Shown: piece by piece, positions 45,075 to 57,829 of the stretch | How the letters are laid out: the number at the start of each line of letters is the position of its first letter | Position numbering within the stretch: position 1 is the first letter of the stretch | Source: Nemertoderma westbladi | Lineage: Eukaryota; Animalia; Xenacoelomorpha | DNA: 64,000 bases | Assembly: GCA_032718475.1 (NCBI GenBank) | Contig: JAUCBJ010001482.1 | Coordinates: forward strand, 7,240-71,239 | Direction of reading: 5' to 3' | The notes under the pieces: model-generated | What the model saw: only the letters and a program-made list of their open reading frames with translations | Told to the model about the DNA's origin: nothing | Database searches by the model: none | Translations under genes and position numbers: made by a program

Positions 45075-46625
45075 GGAAGAAAAGTAATTGACGGCCCTTT
45101 AAGGGCCGCTTTACATCCTTTGCCACTATCGAGGAGCTCCCCGTGCTGCAAAGGGGAAGCATGGCTGTAAAGCTGATGACTAACGCTGGATAAATTCTAT
45201 TTTTTTAATTGTGATTAAATCAAAAATAACGAAAAATAAGATAGGTTTAAAGAATAGCCTATAAAATTTTCATATTTTTGTATTGGACCCTAAATTTTTG
45301 CATGCAAGCTCAGAATTAAATTATCTTTCGAATGATATATTACACTAAGGTACACGAAGTGGGGCCTTCGCGCAGCACGTGAAATGAGTTAATGCTAAGT
45401 ATCAACTCGAAAGGATTATAAAAACATAGGAGAAGATTTTCCCGGAAAACGTTAACCCTCTAGCGGGAGACTGGGTAACTGAAGAAGGAAGGATTAGTTT
45501 CCCTACAAAGCCACATCCTATGGTCTATTACATATCTACCAAGTTTCCGATTGACGGATCATAAATAACGAAATGTTGGAAGGTTTTCACTTTCATACAT
45601 TTAGCCCTCTAGCGGCATATTAAAGAACTACGGATCGATCACCTTCCTCACAAAGACGAGGCATGTGGTCTAGTACATACCGGTACTGTATATTCCAAAA
45701 TTCAGCTTAAATAGATTAAGATCAAGGAATTCGCAAAGGTTATCACTTTCCTACATTTCGCCCTCTAGCGGCAGACTCGAAAACTCCGGACCGATTACTG
45801 TCCACACAAAGACTTAGGATGTCTTCTAGTACATATATGACAAGTTTCAGCGTAATCAGATCATAAACAACTAAATGGAAGAATAATTTCACATTCGGGA
45901 CATTTCGCCCTCTAGCGGCAGACTGGAGAACTGCAGACAGATTAGCCTCCTTTGAAATTTACAGCTAATGGTCTAGTACATACTTCCCAAGTTTCAGCTT
46001 AAACGGATTAAAAGCAAAGAAATGGGTGGCCATTTAATGTTTAGACATGTGGCCCTCTAGCGGGAGACTGGAAAACTTCGGACCGATTACAATCCACACA
46101 AAGACTCAGGATGTCATCTAGTACATATATGACAAGTTTCAGCGTAATCAGATCATAAACAACTAAATGGAAGAATAATTTCACATTCGGGACATTTCGC
46201 CCTCTAGCGGCAGACTGGAGAACTGCAGACAGATTAGCCTCCTTTGAAATTTACAGCTAATGGTCTAGTACATACTTCCCAAGTTTCAGCTTAAACGGAT
46301 TAAAAGCAAAGAAATGGGTGGCCATTTAATGTTTAGACATGTGGCCCTCTAGCGGGAGACCATTGCACTGATGGTGTCTGAAAGTCTCTCAAAAATCTCA
46401 ACTTTTGCTCATATTGATACCTACAAATTTTCAACTTGGCAGCTTTAAATCCGACAAAGTTATTAGCATGTCAAAATCGTAACGACGACGACAACGACGA
46501 CGACGACAACGACGACGACGACAACGACGACGACGACGACGACGACAACTATTTGCATAAATTGACCCACCCCCTAACAGTGTCAATTCGCTAAGGCTCC
46601 GCCAACTTCGTGGCTCGCCCCACAT
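45075..46625 (+). mobile_element. Helentron/DINE-1-like non-autonomous element with ~147-bp internal repeats and (ACG)n microsatellite
   Basis: Subterminal aattgac / gtcaatt; ccctctagcgg recurs 7 times at ~147-bp spacing; (ACG)n at ~46482-46547; GC-rich 3' end also found at ~29152-29170. Confidence 0.6.
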
Positions 46626-46944
46626 GTCTGGGTCTGGCAGTTTTGGCTGGCCAGGGGGGGCAATCATTATGGAACACCCAGTATGTTTGTTTGCTCCTCT
46701 ATCTCCTCCTAAACTACTGTCTCTTGCGATATGGGGAAAGTACCATTTGGATTCAGCGTGGTCCTGGGCTCTGTATAAAGTAATTTTCACCGACATGCAG
46801 TGAATATTTTCGGTAGTTTTAGTGCTTTTTCGGTATTTATTGCAATTCGATTATTGTTTTTGCTTCTTACGAGACGAACACAGTTAATTGCAACTTTTTC
46901 TACCGATTTTGGTCTAAATTCGAGCGAAAAAGTAACAACTTAAG

Positions 46945-49130
46945 AATAAAAATATTGAGGGTTTTTTTAGCTGGTTATATTATTTTAAATAATGATATCA
47001 CCAGCTAAAGAGGATAGTTGGAAATTAAGCACACAATCAAACACAACCAAACACACACCAAATGTTAACCAGTTTTGTCAAACACAGTCCAAATCGGAAA
47101 GCCAAGGTAATTCTACGTCAGTTTTGTACAAAAATTATTTTCAAAATGTCTAAGCAATGCCTCTATTATTGCCAATTTGTATCTCAACTCACAGCTGGAC
47201 TGGTTGCTAGGCACTAGTGACATATGTATTACGTACTGCTACCGGTACAAAGCAAGGACAACTCTACGGAGTTGTACTTAGAAGAGTTACTGATGTACGG
47301 TACATGCCTGCAACCAGACAACAGACCTATCATCTATTAAACCCGAAACGATGGCGACGGGGTCTATTAAACCCGGAACGATGGCGACGGAGTCTATTTA
47401 ACCCGGAACGATATGGCGACGGAGTCTTTTAAACCCAGAACGATTTGTGAATTAAACCCGGAACGATGGCGTGGCGACGGAGTCTATTAAACCCAGAGGC
47501 GGAACAATGGTGAATTAACATTAAACCCGGAACAATGGCGACAGAGTCTATTAAACCCGGAACGATGGCGACAGAGTCTAATAAACGTTAAAAGGCCAAC
47601 CGAATTAGGTAAAGGATGGATTCCCTGAGGGAGAACGACTGAACGAGTTTACAACGGTTTTCAGTTTTGATACAGTTTGGGGTACGGTACAGGGGTTGGG
47701 CGGGTTGACCTCAGATCACCCAACCAACCTATCTAGATACGACACAACCTATCTAGATACGAAACAACCTATCTAGAGACGAAATCCGCGCCCTGAACTC
47801 GATTAATAGTGATCCGGTTATCATCATTAAGAAAGTAAAAGAGTTTAATTTTAGTACAGCCATGACAGCTGTAACTATAATTCTGGTTAAATTTATTTAA
47901 ACTTCAATTTTGTACAGTTGTTGTGATGGTTTCATTTCGGTGTAAAATGTAGCATGTAGTAAACTACTGTAATATAAATATAATATTGTAATTTGTCATA
48001 TTAATTTATTAGCGGGATTAGCAATTAACTGTGTTCAATTAGCTCTTGTTGGAGGCCTTCGGACTCCTTCCACTGTCTGTTTTGTGGCGCGCCTGCCACA
48101 TATATTCTACACTCGTTACGATGAGTCAGTACGTGCGGAGAGTCAGTCGAATATGTGTAGCGGTGAAATAATTACATTAACAATGAAATGAAAACAATGA
48201 AATAATCACATTAACAATGAAAACGGCGACAATAATAATCAACATTGTCATTAAAAGCAATGACTCGATACTGATATGATTCATATGTAATGTTAAAAAT
48301 AAGGAGATTATCATAAAAGTTACCGGTAGCTCTTGATTAATCATAAATTGACATGACATATAGACATATAAAGCGATTGACAGATTGATGTTAAATAATT
48401 TCAAAATTATCAATAGAAAAATATATTATTATGATTTTAGTATTGGCGACAAACCAGTCTGACTTTGAAACTCTCTTGTTCGATGTATTTTCCAGGTTAT
48501 TTGATTGGCCTCACAATCCCTCGGGATTTAATTTACTCGGCATTCGATCGATATCGTACACCATGGCCATCGTTCTGGGTTTAAGAGATGCCGTCGCCAT
48601 CGTTCCGGGTTTTATAGACTCCATCGCCATCGTTCCGGGTTTAATAGACTCCGTCGCCATCGTTCCGGGTTTAATAGACTCCGTCGCCATCGTTCTGGGT
48701 TTAATAGACTCCGTCGCCTTCGTTCCGGGTTTAATAGACTCTATCGCCATCGTTCCGGGTTTAATAGATGATAGGGCTGTTGTCTGGTTGTAGGCCTGCA
48801 CATCAGTAACTCTACTAAGTACAACTCTGTAGAGTTGTCCTTGCTTTGTAATGGTAGCGGTATGTAATGCAAACGTCACAAGTGCCTAGCAACCTGTCCA
48901 GCTGTGAGTTGAGATACAAATTGGCAATAATAGAGGGCATTGCTTAGATATTTTGAAAATAATTTTTGTACAAACTGACATAGAATTAACTTGCCTTTCC
49001 GATTTGGACTGTGTTTCACGAAACTGGTTAACATTTGGACTGTGTTTGATTGTGTTTGTGTGTGTTTGTGTGTGTTTGATTGTGTGCTTAATTTCCAACT
49101 ATGCAGCTAAAGACCCTCAATATTTTATTT
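46945..49130. repeat. Long inverted repeat (~600-bp arms, ~1-kb spacer), each arm with a 30-bp minisatellite
   Basis: ~46945-47580 is the reverse complement of ~48560-49130; unit atggcgacggagtctattaaacccggaacg. Confidence 0.88.
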
Positions 49131-49198
49131 TATTTATATTCAAATTCGGATATGTGTTAATGGCTATTCTGAACCAGAGGGAATTATCCTCAGATACT

Positions 49199-49273
49199 TC
49201 TATATCTAAAGCTCAAATTGTGTATGTATGTATGTATGTTTGTATAGGGCGCGAAGCGCGCCAGGCTTGCTAG
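49199..49273 (+). mobile_element. Minimal non-autonomous Helitron
   Basis: 5' TCTATATCTAAAG, (TGTA)n, hairpin ggcgcg-aag-cgcgcc, 3' CTAG followed by T. Confidence 0.65.
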
Positions 49274-50094
49274 TATCAAAAATAGATATCAAAAATTTGA
49301 ATATCAAAAAACATCATTTTGTATCGCTCACAATAACATTCACATTACAGTCTTGATTTCTCATCAAAGCGACGGGATATATTTTTGTCGCTCCAATTTA
49401 ATGCGAATCCCACCATCCTAAGAACAACATTGTTCAGTATAATAGAGTCAGATAGCCAGGGCCGAATTATCGAATTTCAGTTAGTAAGAAACATATTAAC
49501 GTATGTTTCTTATTATTAAAGTGATCGTATACCCACTTTAATTGGGGCTAGTTTGGGAACAGACAACGACCCATCGTCCATAGCAATCATAGCATCTGCT
49601 ACAGCATCTTTTTTTTTATATATACATTTCTTTAATTTCGGGCAAACAGGGCAATATTGTTATTATATTGTTCTACTGCCGGTACCATCGGGACCTATAG
49701 CTTTATTTTGATTAAGCTCATAAAGTGCCTCATCTAAATCCTCTATGAGTTAGTTCAATAACTTCTAATAACGCTTCAGATTCTTCAGCCTGATGACTTG
49801 TGTTGGCATCGCTACCGAAAGATCCAATAGGCTGACTGCCTGGAGTACCAGTAGGATTAATAGTACCTGGAGTACCAAAAGTTCCAATACCAAAAGTTCA
49901 CTGCGTGGAGTACCAGTGGGATGACTAGTACCTGAAGTAAGGAAAGTTCTATTAGACACACTGCTTGGAGTACCAAAAGTACCAAACTTTGTTGCTGATG
50001 CTCTGATGGCGGTGTCACATTATGTGGCGGTGGAGTCAGTCCTCCAACCATTAACGGGCTAGCAGTTTGAACACCACAGCACTTCAACAGACCT

Positions 50095-50490
50095 GCTGGC
50101 GAGATTGGACATCTCAGAGAGTGGCTTCTGGGGCAATCAATTCCAGAATATGTTCCTTGACGTATCAGTATTCAATCAAGTATTGACATGGCTGCAGTAT
50201 GCAGCCATGTCCCTACCATCAGCCCATCTGTACCATGAAGCGTGGAAGAACCTGAAGTATCAGGAATGAGTGCGGGAGGTGGAACCCACCACTTTCACGC
50301 CACTGGAATTCTCTGCGTTTGGTGGCATGGTACCTTTGGCCATACAGCTAGTGAAGCGGTTGGTGCACCGCCTGGCGGAAAGCGAGAAACACAGTAAACT
50401 GAGTGCATCACATGGGTTCTGCGAAAGTTGAACTTCGCGTTATTGCGCTCGGCCCACATGTGTCTCTGTGAACACCGGTCCACTGCTAGA
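50095..50490 (+). pseudogene. CRE-like non-LTR retrotransposon 3' fragment (restriction-like endonuclease)
   Basis: Manual translation: LDISESGFWG...FLDVSVFN...HEAWKNLKY..VREVEPTTFTPLEFSAFGGM...KRL...LNFALLRSAHMCL, with a stop and a frameshift. Confidence 0.78.
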
Positions 50491-50874
50491 CGACCCATTC
50501 GATACACAAATTCAGTTTCAGATACAGCCATTGTACTTGCATAGGCGGATGTTGCCCCACCACCATAGATGCCAATGAGTGCAGACAAGACTGCAAAGAA
50601 ACTGTCGACCCAGACTTCAACTTTGATCCCATGTAACATAAACTCTGTACCGTTATCTGTATAGTAGTAAACTTCTTCCTGTGGTATATAGTATTAGGAC
50701 TCATATAGAGAAACTGCTGTGTAAGAGCCAAAACGGATTTCGTCCAAATATATCAATAATAACTGAGACTTGCACTACGGATTTATTATAGGAAGGGATC
50801 TAGGGGTCTTAACCTGACTTTGCACTTCAGAGACTGATGGGGGGAATTAAGCAAATAATATTTCCACAGTCCTG

Positions 50875-51400
50875 ACATTTGTGTACTTCAAGAATGCATT
50901 CGACTCCATCCATAGATGTAAAATGCTGGAAATCCTAAGAGCTTATGATGCCTGTGAAGAGCTCATACCAGATAAAGCTTGTGAAGAGCTTATACTAAAA
51001 GTAATTGTCAATGGCATTGGATTGATGCATTGTTATTGAGTTCTTCTCAATCCTGCCTGGCGTACTGCAAGGTGACACATTGGTGCCACTACTATTGGTA
51101 ACTGAACTGGATTAAGTAATGAGGGAGGACACAAAAGATGGAGGTCTGATATTCACACTACAAGAATGCAGAAGTAGCAGATATCCGGCAACTACAGGCA
51201 CAGACATCAACTTTGCCTTATGACATTGCCCTGCTCTCTAATACGCTAGCAGATGCACAGCTACTACTGAAAAAATGAAGAGGGATGCAAAGGAGGTTGG
51301 ATTGCATCTACCAAGACTGAAATCATTACTTTTAATTTTGATGGAAACTAGACAACAATTGATTATAATCAACTATGGAAGGTTGATGAAAGTCTTCCAG
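50875..51400 (+). pseudogene. Decayed RT fragment of the same RTE family as 40271-43312
   Basis: gcattcgactccatccataga, ggcgtactgcaaggtgacacatt and gacattgccctgctctctaatacgctagcagatgcacag match the reverse complement of ~40780-41340. Confidence 0.85.
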
Positions 51401-52016
51401 TATATGATTCAGCCAACATTCGACCATTATGGTTGTAAAACATGTATCACCTTGAATACCATGCCAATTTAAATTTAAATAGATTTTTCAGTAGCAACTT
51501 TGAATCCTTAGATGTGTGATGATTTACAACTGCATTGCAGTATTTTTACTAAATTTAAGATAATTATTACTGGAACCAATATAATTCAGCCTAGTAGGAT
51601 TTGGTTTTCGTAGAAGAGAGGAGCCATTACCCAATTATTATAAATGAATAATGCAGACTAGGGATTGTAATGCTGCTATTTCATCTACCACTACTGTAGT
51701 TATTACTATAATTTAGTTATCAAGTGTTATGTTTACGAGTACGTAAACGTACATGCAGTACAATATTAATTTAGTTAGTTGCTCAATTGAAGTAGCAATG
51801 TGAACGTTATGACCAGACAACATATCAATTGAAGTAGCAATGTGAATGTTATTACACGACAATATAACTAACTACTCAGCTAAAATAACGGTTATATTTT
51901 TAAACCTTTATGTATATTCTAATTATTCAAACTATAAAAACATTAAATAATATATAAACAATAACCATTTAAAGGAGAGGGCAGCACTAACGTCCCTGTC
52001 AGTGTTTGCCAGGGGG

Positions 52017-52763
52017 ATGAGGGCGTTCTCAGCAATTTTCCAGCCAAGCAGGCAGCGCCATACCTCACTATATTGTGGTCTTTGCGTTTTACTAAACGTT
52101 GCCATCTGTTATGGGAGTTTCTCTTGCTATAATGAAGGAAAAATAATCATTAATGCAACTTCTGATGAGCTACAGAGAAAAGTGAATGATAAATTTTCTT
52201 CGCTGAAAAGAAGCAATAAAGAATGGTTCGAAGATGTTGGATTAACTACAACACGCCGTGATGGTATCAAACACATCGAGCACAATTGTTCAGAATGCGT
52301 CAATTATTTCTATCGAAACATCGCTGTTGATGATGACACTGGAGATGAGGTCTTGTTCTATGTTGACATTGAATCTTGCATAATACATGAAAGGGTAACG
52401 GGAAATAATATTTGCTTGGCTCTTGATGAAGACAGATGTCCCGCATTTATAAAACAGGTTGAAGAAGGGTTTAAAATTGATCACCAGAGCTTCAAGGATG
52501 TGGAAACATACCAGGATGATATCATTCGGGTTGTAATTATTAGTAGGGACTATATGCTCCATGGGTTCACTGTCAAGTACGAATCCTGCCAAATATTTTG
52601 TTGCCCTGGTGAGTGCCCTACTCCAATATGGGAAGGTAATCTAGCTACAACAGCTAGCAGTGTTCGCGAAGAAACCACAACATCTGATATCAGTTCTGGT
52701 GTGATGAATACTCCATTAATTTGGATGCTTTTGGTGCTGGTTACATTCACTGGAGTACTTTAG
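52017..52763 (+). CDS. Intronless ORF for a Cys-rich secreted, probably GPI-anchored protein of unknown family
   Basis: ~248 codons open in AT-rich DNA; hydrophobic N-segment LYCGLCVLLNVAICYG; 10 further Cys; NAT and NCS sequons; S/T-rich stalk; terminal hydrophobic LIWMLLVLVTFTGVL. Confidence 0.7.
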   Translation: MRAFSAIFQPSRQRHTSLYCGLCVLLNVAICYGSFSCYNEGKIIINATSDELQRKVNDKFSSLKRSNKEWFEDVGLTTTRRDGIKHIEHNCSECVNYFYRNIAVDDDTGDEVLFYVDIESCIIHERVTGNNICLALDEDRCPAFIKQVEEGFKIDHQSFKDVETYQDDIIRVVIISRDYMLHGFTVKYESCQIFCCPGECPTPIWEGNLATTASSVREETTTSDISSGVMNTPLIWMLLVLVTFTGVL

Positions 52764-52971
52764 AAACATATCAAATATGTATGGGCACATTTAATTAATT
52801 TAATTTAACCAGGTTTAAAAAACTAATAATTATTATGATAAATATTACATTATCATGATTATACATTATATTTTTATTTAAAAAAAATAGTGGTGTTTCA
52901 AAACAAATGCCGTTCAATCACTTAACCATATTATTACAAGGGCTATAAAATGTTCAAAATTCATTGGAAAA

Positions 52972-54891
52972 TGTATCATGCATATTTCGCATATAATATT
53001 TATGGTACCGGTACACCAACTACAGTAGGGCCATGGGTTCATGTCGACCATGTCGTGGGGGCTGGGGAAACCTATTGACCTCAGGTGACAGGATGGCGTC
53101 ACTTGTGTGGCTCCGTGTCCCATACTCGATGTGGATCGATGCCAGCCCTTCCGTAGTGAGGGGAAGGTTGTTGGCCGTGAGGAGGCCGATGTTGTTTTGA
53201 CATTGATACGTCCTTGCATTGGCCACTGCATTGGTAGAACAATGTTCTTTAATGACAGTGGTGGCTGCTCCCGTGTTTGGGAGCGAGAGTGTGTGCGACG
53301 GATACCAAATCAGTGCACCCTGGGAGAGATAGTTCGATGGAAATAGCAAAGAGCAGGTCACCCCGCTTTAGTCACACTTGTTTAAGTTGTTTATGAATAT
53401 GGAGTTCAGTCCACTGGGTTTGGGGTTGCAGTTTGGTGGTGTGGACTGGCAGACGTTCTGGAAATGGCCTGTCCTGTCGCATCCACTGCAGGTTGACCCG
53501 TGGACGGGGCATTTGTCTCTCCCTGCCAGACGTCCATGTCCACAGTTGCCGCAGTTTGACCCCGAATTCGTGTTTGCGCGATTGCGATTATGGCTTGGGG
53601 AGCATGCCGGGTTTCCGCTTTTGCAGCAGTCTATGCGTTGATAGCATCCCTGTTGTTCCCGTGTGGGCTCTGTCGTGGCCCATTTATCCGATTTATATTG
53701 TGAGAGTTTCAAGATCATTCCCAATCCGAGGATGGTGTCATTCCATCTGCTGGCTTCAAAGGTCTGGCACGTCATTACACACTGATCAGCATTGGTTGGG
53801 GAAGATATTCTTGGAGAAAGAGATCGCATCTGGTCTCCTCATTGCGGATGCCGATGAGGATCTGCGTTACGAGCTGGATGTTACGGCAGTGCTCGCTGAG
53901 TCGCGCATCGTTGGCTAGCTCCTCCTGTGTGATGCAGGAACCAGTTGAAGGATTCATTCACATGCTGGACACAGCGGTGGAAGGTGATCCGATCCACTGC
54001 GATGGATCTTTTGTCCAAAAGGATCCGTTTGGATAGCATCGAGGATGAGTGCCATGTCAGTTTTTGGGTCGTTTATTTAGATCTGGAGGGTAACCCGGAT
54101 CATTTCCTGGAACGCCATTCCAAGCACCGCGAGGGCAGAGTAGACCTGAGTCTGTCAGGTGTAGGTGTCGACCTGTTGGTGTTGGTAGTCCTGCCAGGCA
54201 GAGTGCCACCATTGGAAGGTGGAGTGGGACATCTCACAGTCCACTTTGTCCATCGACGAGGTGTCGATTAAGCGATGTGAGTTCGGTGGGTTGGTTGCGT
54301 GGGGTGCGGCATGGGCCAGCTGTATAGTGGCATCATCCGGCGCATGCTGGAGGAAGTAGAGAATTCGTGCCTCGGACTTGGCTGCCTGGCGGTCTGTGGT
54401 CTCGGACTGGGCCAGCAGGATGTATGCAAGGGAGTCAAAGTTGAGTAGTGGCGGGTAGTCCGCGGGGCTGTCGTCTCAAGCCTCATCCGTGTCGGAGTCG
54501 CTGTGGTATTGCTGCGGTTTCCATGGCATTGGGGGGAGAGAAGGAAAAAACCTTATCAGCCCCGGATGAGTTTAGTGGGGAGGGATGGGAAGGAACCAGT
54601 GAAGGCCATGAGGCACCTGTAAGGGTCCGGCATGATTCAATCCATATTTACTAGTGCTGCGGGAGGGAGGATGGGTTCAGGTAACCATGTAGGGTGATCC
54701 TACACATTACTGCGCCATGTATCATGCATATATCGCATATAATATATATGGTACCAGTACACCAACTACAGTAGGGACGTTGCTTCATGTAGGCCGTGGT
54801 GTAGAGTACTACAGCAAGAAACCTAAATATAAAAATGCTAGCCTAGCGCCATCTACAGGTCGCAAGGCATAATCAACTAACTGTATGTACA
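52972..54891 (-). mobile_element. Old, internally deleted Mag-like Gypsy element
   Basis: LTR-like direct repeats start at 52972 and 54718; PBS TGGCGCAG next to 54718; Gag knuckles CGNCG..CPVHGSTCSGCDRTGHFQNVC. Right end approximate, no TSD found. Confidence 0.75.
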
Positions 54892-55412
54892 ATAGCGTGG
54901 TGCGTTTTTTACTTTTTTTCAATTTCGTTTTTCTACCGGTGCACAAAAGTTGCCAAATGGTAAAAAAATATGGCATATATTTTTTTTTTAATTTCGTCTA
55001 ATCTTCACGGATCCCAAGAGGGTTGAAATTTTGAGCCATCGCCATGCACCATAATGAAATTTATAACAATATAACACATTGATGAAAGATCAATGACTCC
55101 TGAAAGAACTTCCTGCATGCATCAAATGTCATCAAATGGGTCCAAACTTAGTTAGATACCAAAATTTTGATTTTGGGACCAATGGAAGTAGTGCCACAGG
55201 CACATGACCAGAACCTACTCTTTGGCGCAAGTTACTCTTATTCTCAATTTTGGTGATGGACAACTTTTATTTCTCCTACGGCATTAATAGTAGGCTCATT
55301 AGAACCGCAATGGGGGTAGACACCATCAAAACAGGCATAGAGCGAATAGTTCTTGAGATATTGCAGAAAATGTTAAGTCCATCACAAGTCAACATTACCG
55401 CCTTCGATCAAC

Positions 55413-55785
55413 TTTTTTTCAAGTTACTACCTACAGAACCAGTTAAATACTTGTAACTTTCGAGGAGACAGTGCCAGTGACTTGAGAAAGTATGAGACAA
55501 TTGGGGTTACTATTCCCAACTTGAACACAGTGTTACAACTCAGAAAACAAAGGGTTTCCAGTTATTTAACTACATACGATTATAATACGTGGGAGTGTGT
55601 TTTTAGGCTATAAGCGGCGTTTTTTCATGTTACTACCTACAGAACCAGTTAAATACTTGTAACTTTCGAGGAGACAGTGCCAGTGACTTGAGAAAGTGTG
55701 AGACAATTGGGGTTACTATTCCCAACTTGTACACAGTGTTACAACTCAGAAAACACAGGGCTTCCAGAGTTATTTAACTATATAC
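55413..55785. repeat. ~205-bp tandem duplication
   Basis: gttactacctacagaaccagttaaatacttgtaactttcgaggagacagtgcc occurs at ~55423 and ~55629. Confidence 0.85.
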
Positions 55786-55981
55786 GAATATCACCGAACA
55801 TCGACCGAACACGACGAACATCAACTGTCAGACTTATATTTGACTACTTCAACACTTTAGTACAGCAGTACACATACAGACATAACACAATAAAACAACA
55901 GGCACCTACCGGTACACCTAAAACCCCACACCATACTCTCACATTAGATATATTCTCTTTTCTTTTAGTTCCATATAATTT

Positions 55982-57500
55982 CTAACTTGAGTCTATAACT
56001 CGATCTAAAATTACTTTCTTTTTTTTCCATTCAGTTCTCAAGTAAAGATAGCAGTTCAAATCCGGGACGCTCTTTAGTGAGCACATCTCAGCCAAATTAT
56101 TTCTAGAGGCTATTAGGTGAAGTTGAATTCCTTTAGTTTTCATTGTTTGCCGAATTACTGAGAGTTCTATTTTCAAGCGTTTCTCTGCGGGTTCATTAAT
56201 GACAGTATTTAAGTTGTCATATAGTCCCTTGCTGTCTGTGTAGAGTTTATTAGACTTCACCTTAATACCGGTTTCACCAAGTATAGATTTAACAAATAAA
56301 GTATAATCAACAGTTGATCCTGCTGCTAATAGTTCTGCTCCGAATGTCGAACGACATACCCGCTGTATTCTATTTGAATGCCACAATAGAACATTTCTGG
56401 TGTCATCCTGATCTTGAATACCATCTCCCAAAAAACATATAAATCCAGGCTGGGAGCGTGACTCTTCTAGATTTGCAAATCCACCATCAACAAAAGTTTC
56501 TGTAATACTGTTATTTAAGTTAATCGGTTTACAGTGAATTTGAACTGGCTCTAGGCCTTTTGCTTTGCTCAACAACTTATTTGCCGCTTTAATGTGCCTG
56601 ATTTACAAGCACATAACAGAACTAAGTAAAGCCGATACTCCATAAAGTATATCTGGCCGAGTAGAATTTCCCAACCATTGAAGTGAACCTAGAATTTCTA
56701 TAATTAATAGAAGGATCTATAATCATGTTCGTAAGAGTAGGCATAATCTTTTACATCTAACTTCTTGTTAAACTTTGGGTTTAATGTTATCCAAGTAACC
56801 TGGTTGAGAATAATAAATATCAAAATGATCCATATGTTCTACTGTCTCAATATGTAATCCAGTAAAGTTAAAATTATATTTCTTATCAGTCCCTACCACC
56901 AATACTTGTTTTAAGTTCTCTATTACATTCTGAAATTTGCTTGTCCCTCCATACAACAAATCGTCTACATGAATACGAATTAAACCATCAATAACACCTT
57001 CATAGATGTAAAAATATGATGCACTATCACATCTAGATCGTTGTAAACCCAGACTCAGTATAATTTCATCAAGTCGATTGAACCACATCCTTGGCGCATC
57101 TACAATCCCATAGGCACATTTCAGAAGTTTCCAATAGTTAGTTGTCTCAGCTTCCATTGGAGGCTTAACATTGTTTCATGGCCAGCATTGTTTCAGAACA
57201 TCCCGATTAGCAGTAGGATATTCTATTACAGGAATATGTTTATTTATATCTTCAAACCCTCTAAGCACTAGTCTAGCTTTCTTGTAAAGATTCCCTTCAT
57301 TGTCGAGTTTATCTGTAATAATCCACTTAGTAGAAATGGGTGGTGCTTTCATATCACGCTGATTAATCTCTTCATAAACATTATATGACTTCCAGTTCTA
57401 AAGTTCATTTCGTTTAGCTTCTAATTCTGTTATAAAAACCCCCTCATTTGTGATTTCTTGAATTCCTTCACTTTGATAACATTCTTCAATTCCATATCTC
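55982..57500 (-). pseudogene. Ty1/Copia RT-RNase H relic (GalEa-like motifs)
   Basis: KARLVLRGFE, LLKCAYGIVDAPRMWF, IHVDDLLYGG, RPDI, FVDGGFAN, RVCRSTFGAE, YTDSKGL, broken by stops and frameshifts. Confidence 0.88.
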
Positions 57501-57680
57501 TTAACCCTATTAGTACCGGGCTATAAAATGTTGTACAAATTGACCCCCCCCCCCCCCCCCCCCCTCTAAAATCTACAAATTTTCACGAAAACGTCTGATT
57601 TTTTGTTTGTACGTAGGTATCACTAGTCGAGATCCGACCGAAAAAAGTACTGGGGTGGTTATATTGCAGCACCAAAATTT
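57501..57680. mobile_element. Terminus of TTAA-type element truncating the Copia relic
   Basis: TTAA|CCCTATT...; inverted copy of ~44300-44522. Confidence 0.75.
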
Positions 57681-57829
57681 CTAGCATTATTATTCTGCGT
57701 TTAATTCTAGATAACGCGACGCTTACATTAAATTAATTATTTACGAAGTTAAATGAATATATATAAATAGAGTAGTAGTTAGGGCAGTAGGCCTAATAAT
57801 AGAATACATTTTTACATTTATCGAGGGAG

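Noticed and set aside
46431-46796. Arg/Cys-rich protamine-like ORF
   Set aside because: Produced by translating the (ACG)n microsatellite
48431-48879. 10-aa repeat proteins on both strands
   Set aside because: Artefact of a 30-bp minisatellite; the inverted copy is not open
44300-57680. One 13-kb composite transposon bounded by the inverted TTAA termini
   Set aside because: The termini point away from each other, so they belong to two separate elements
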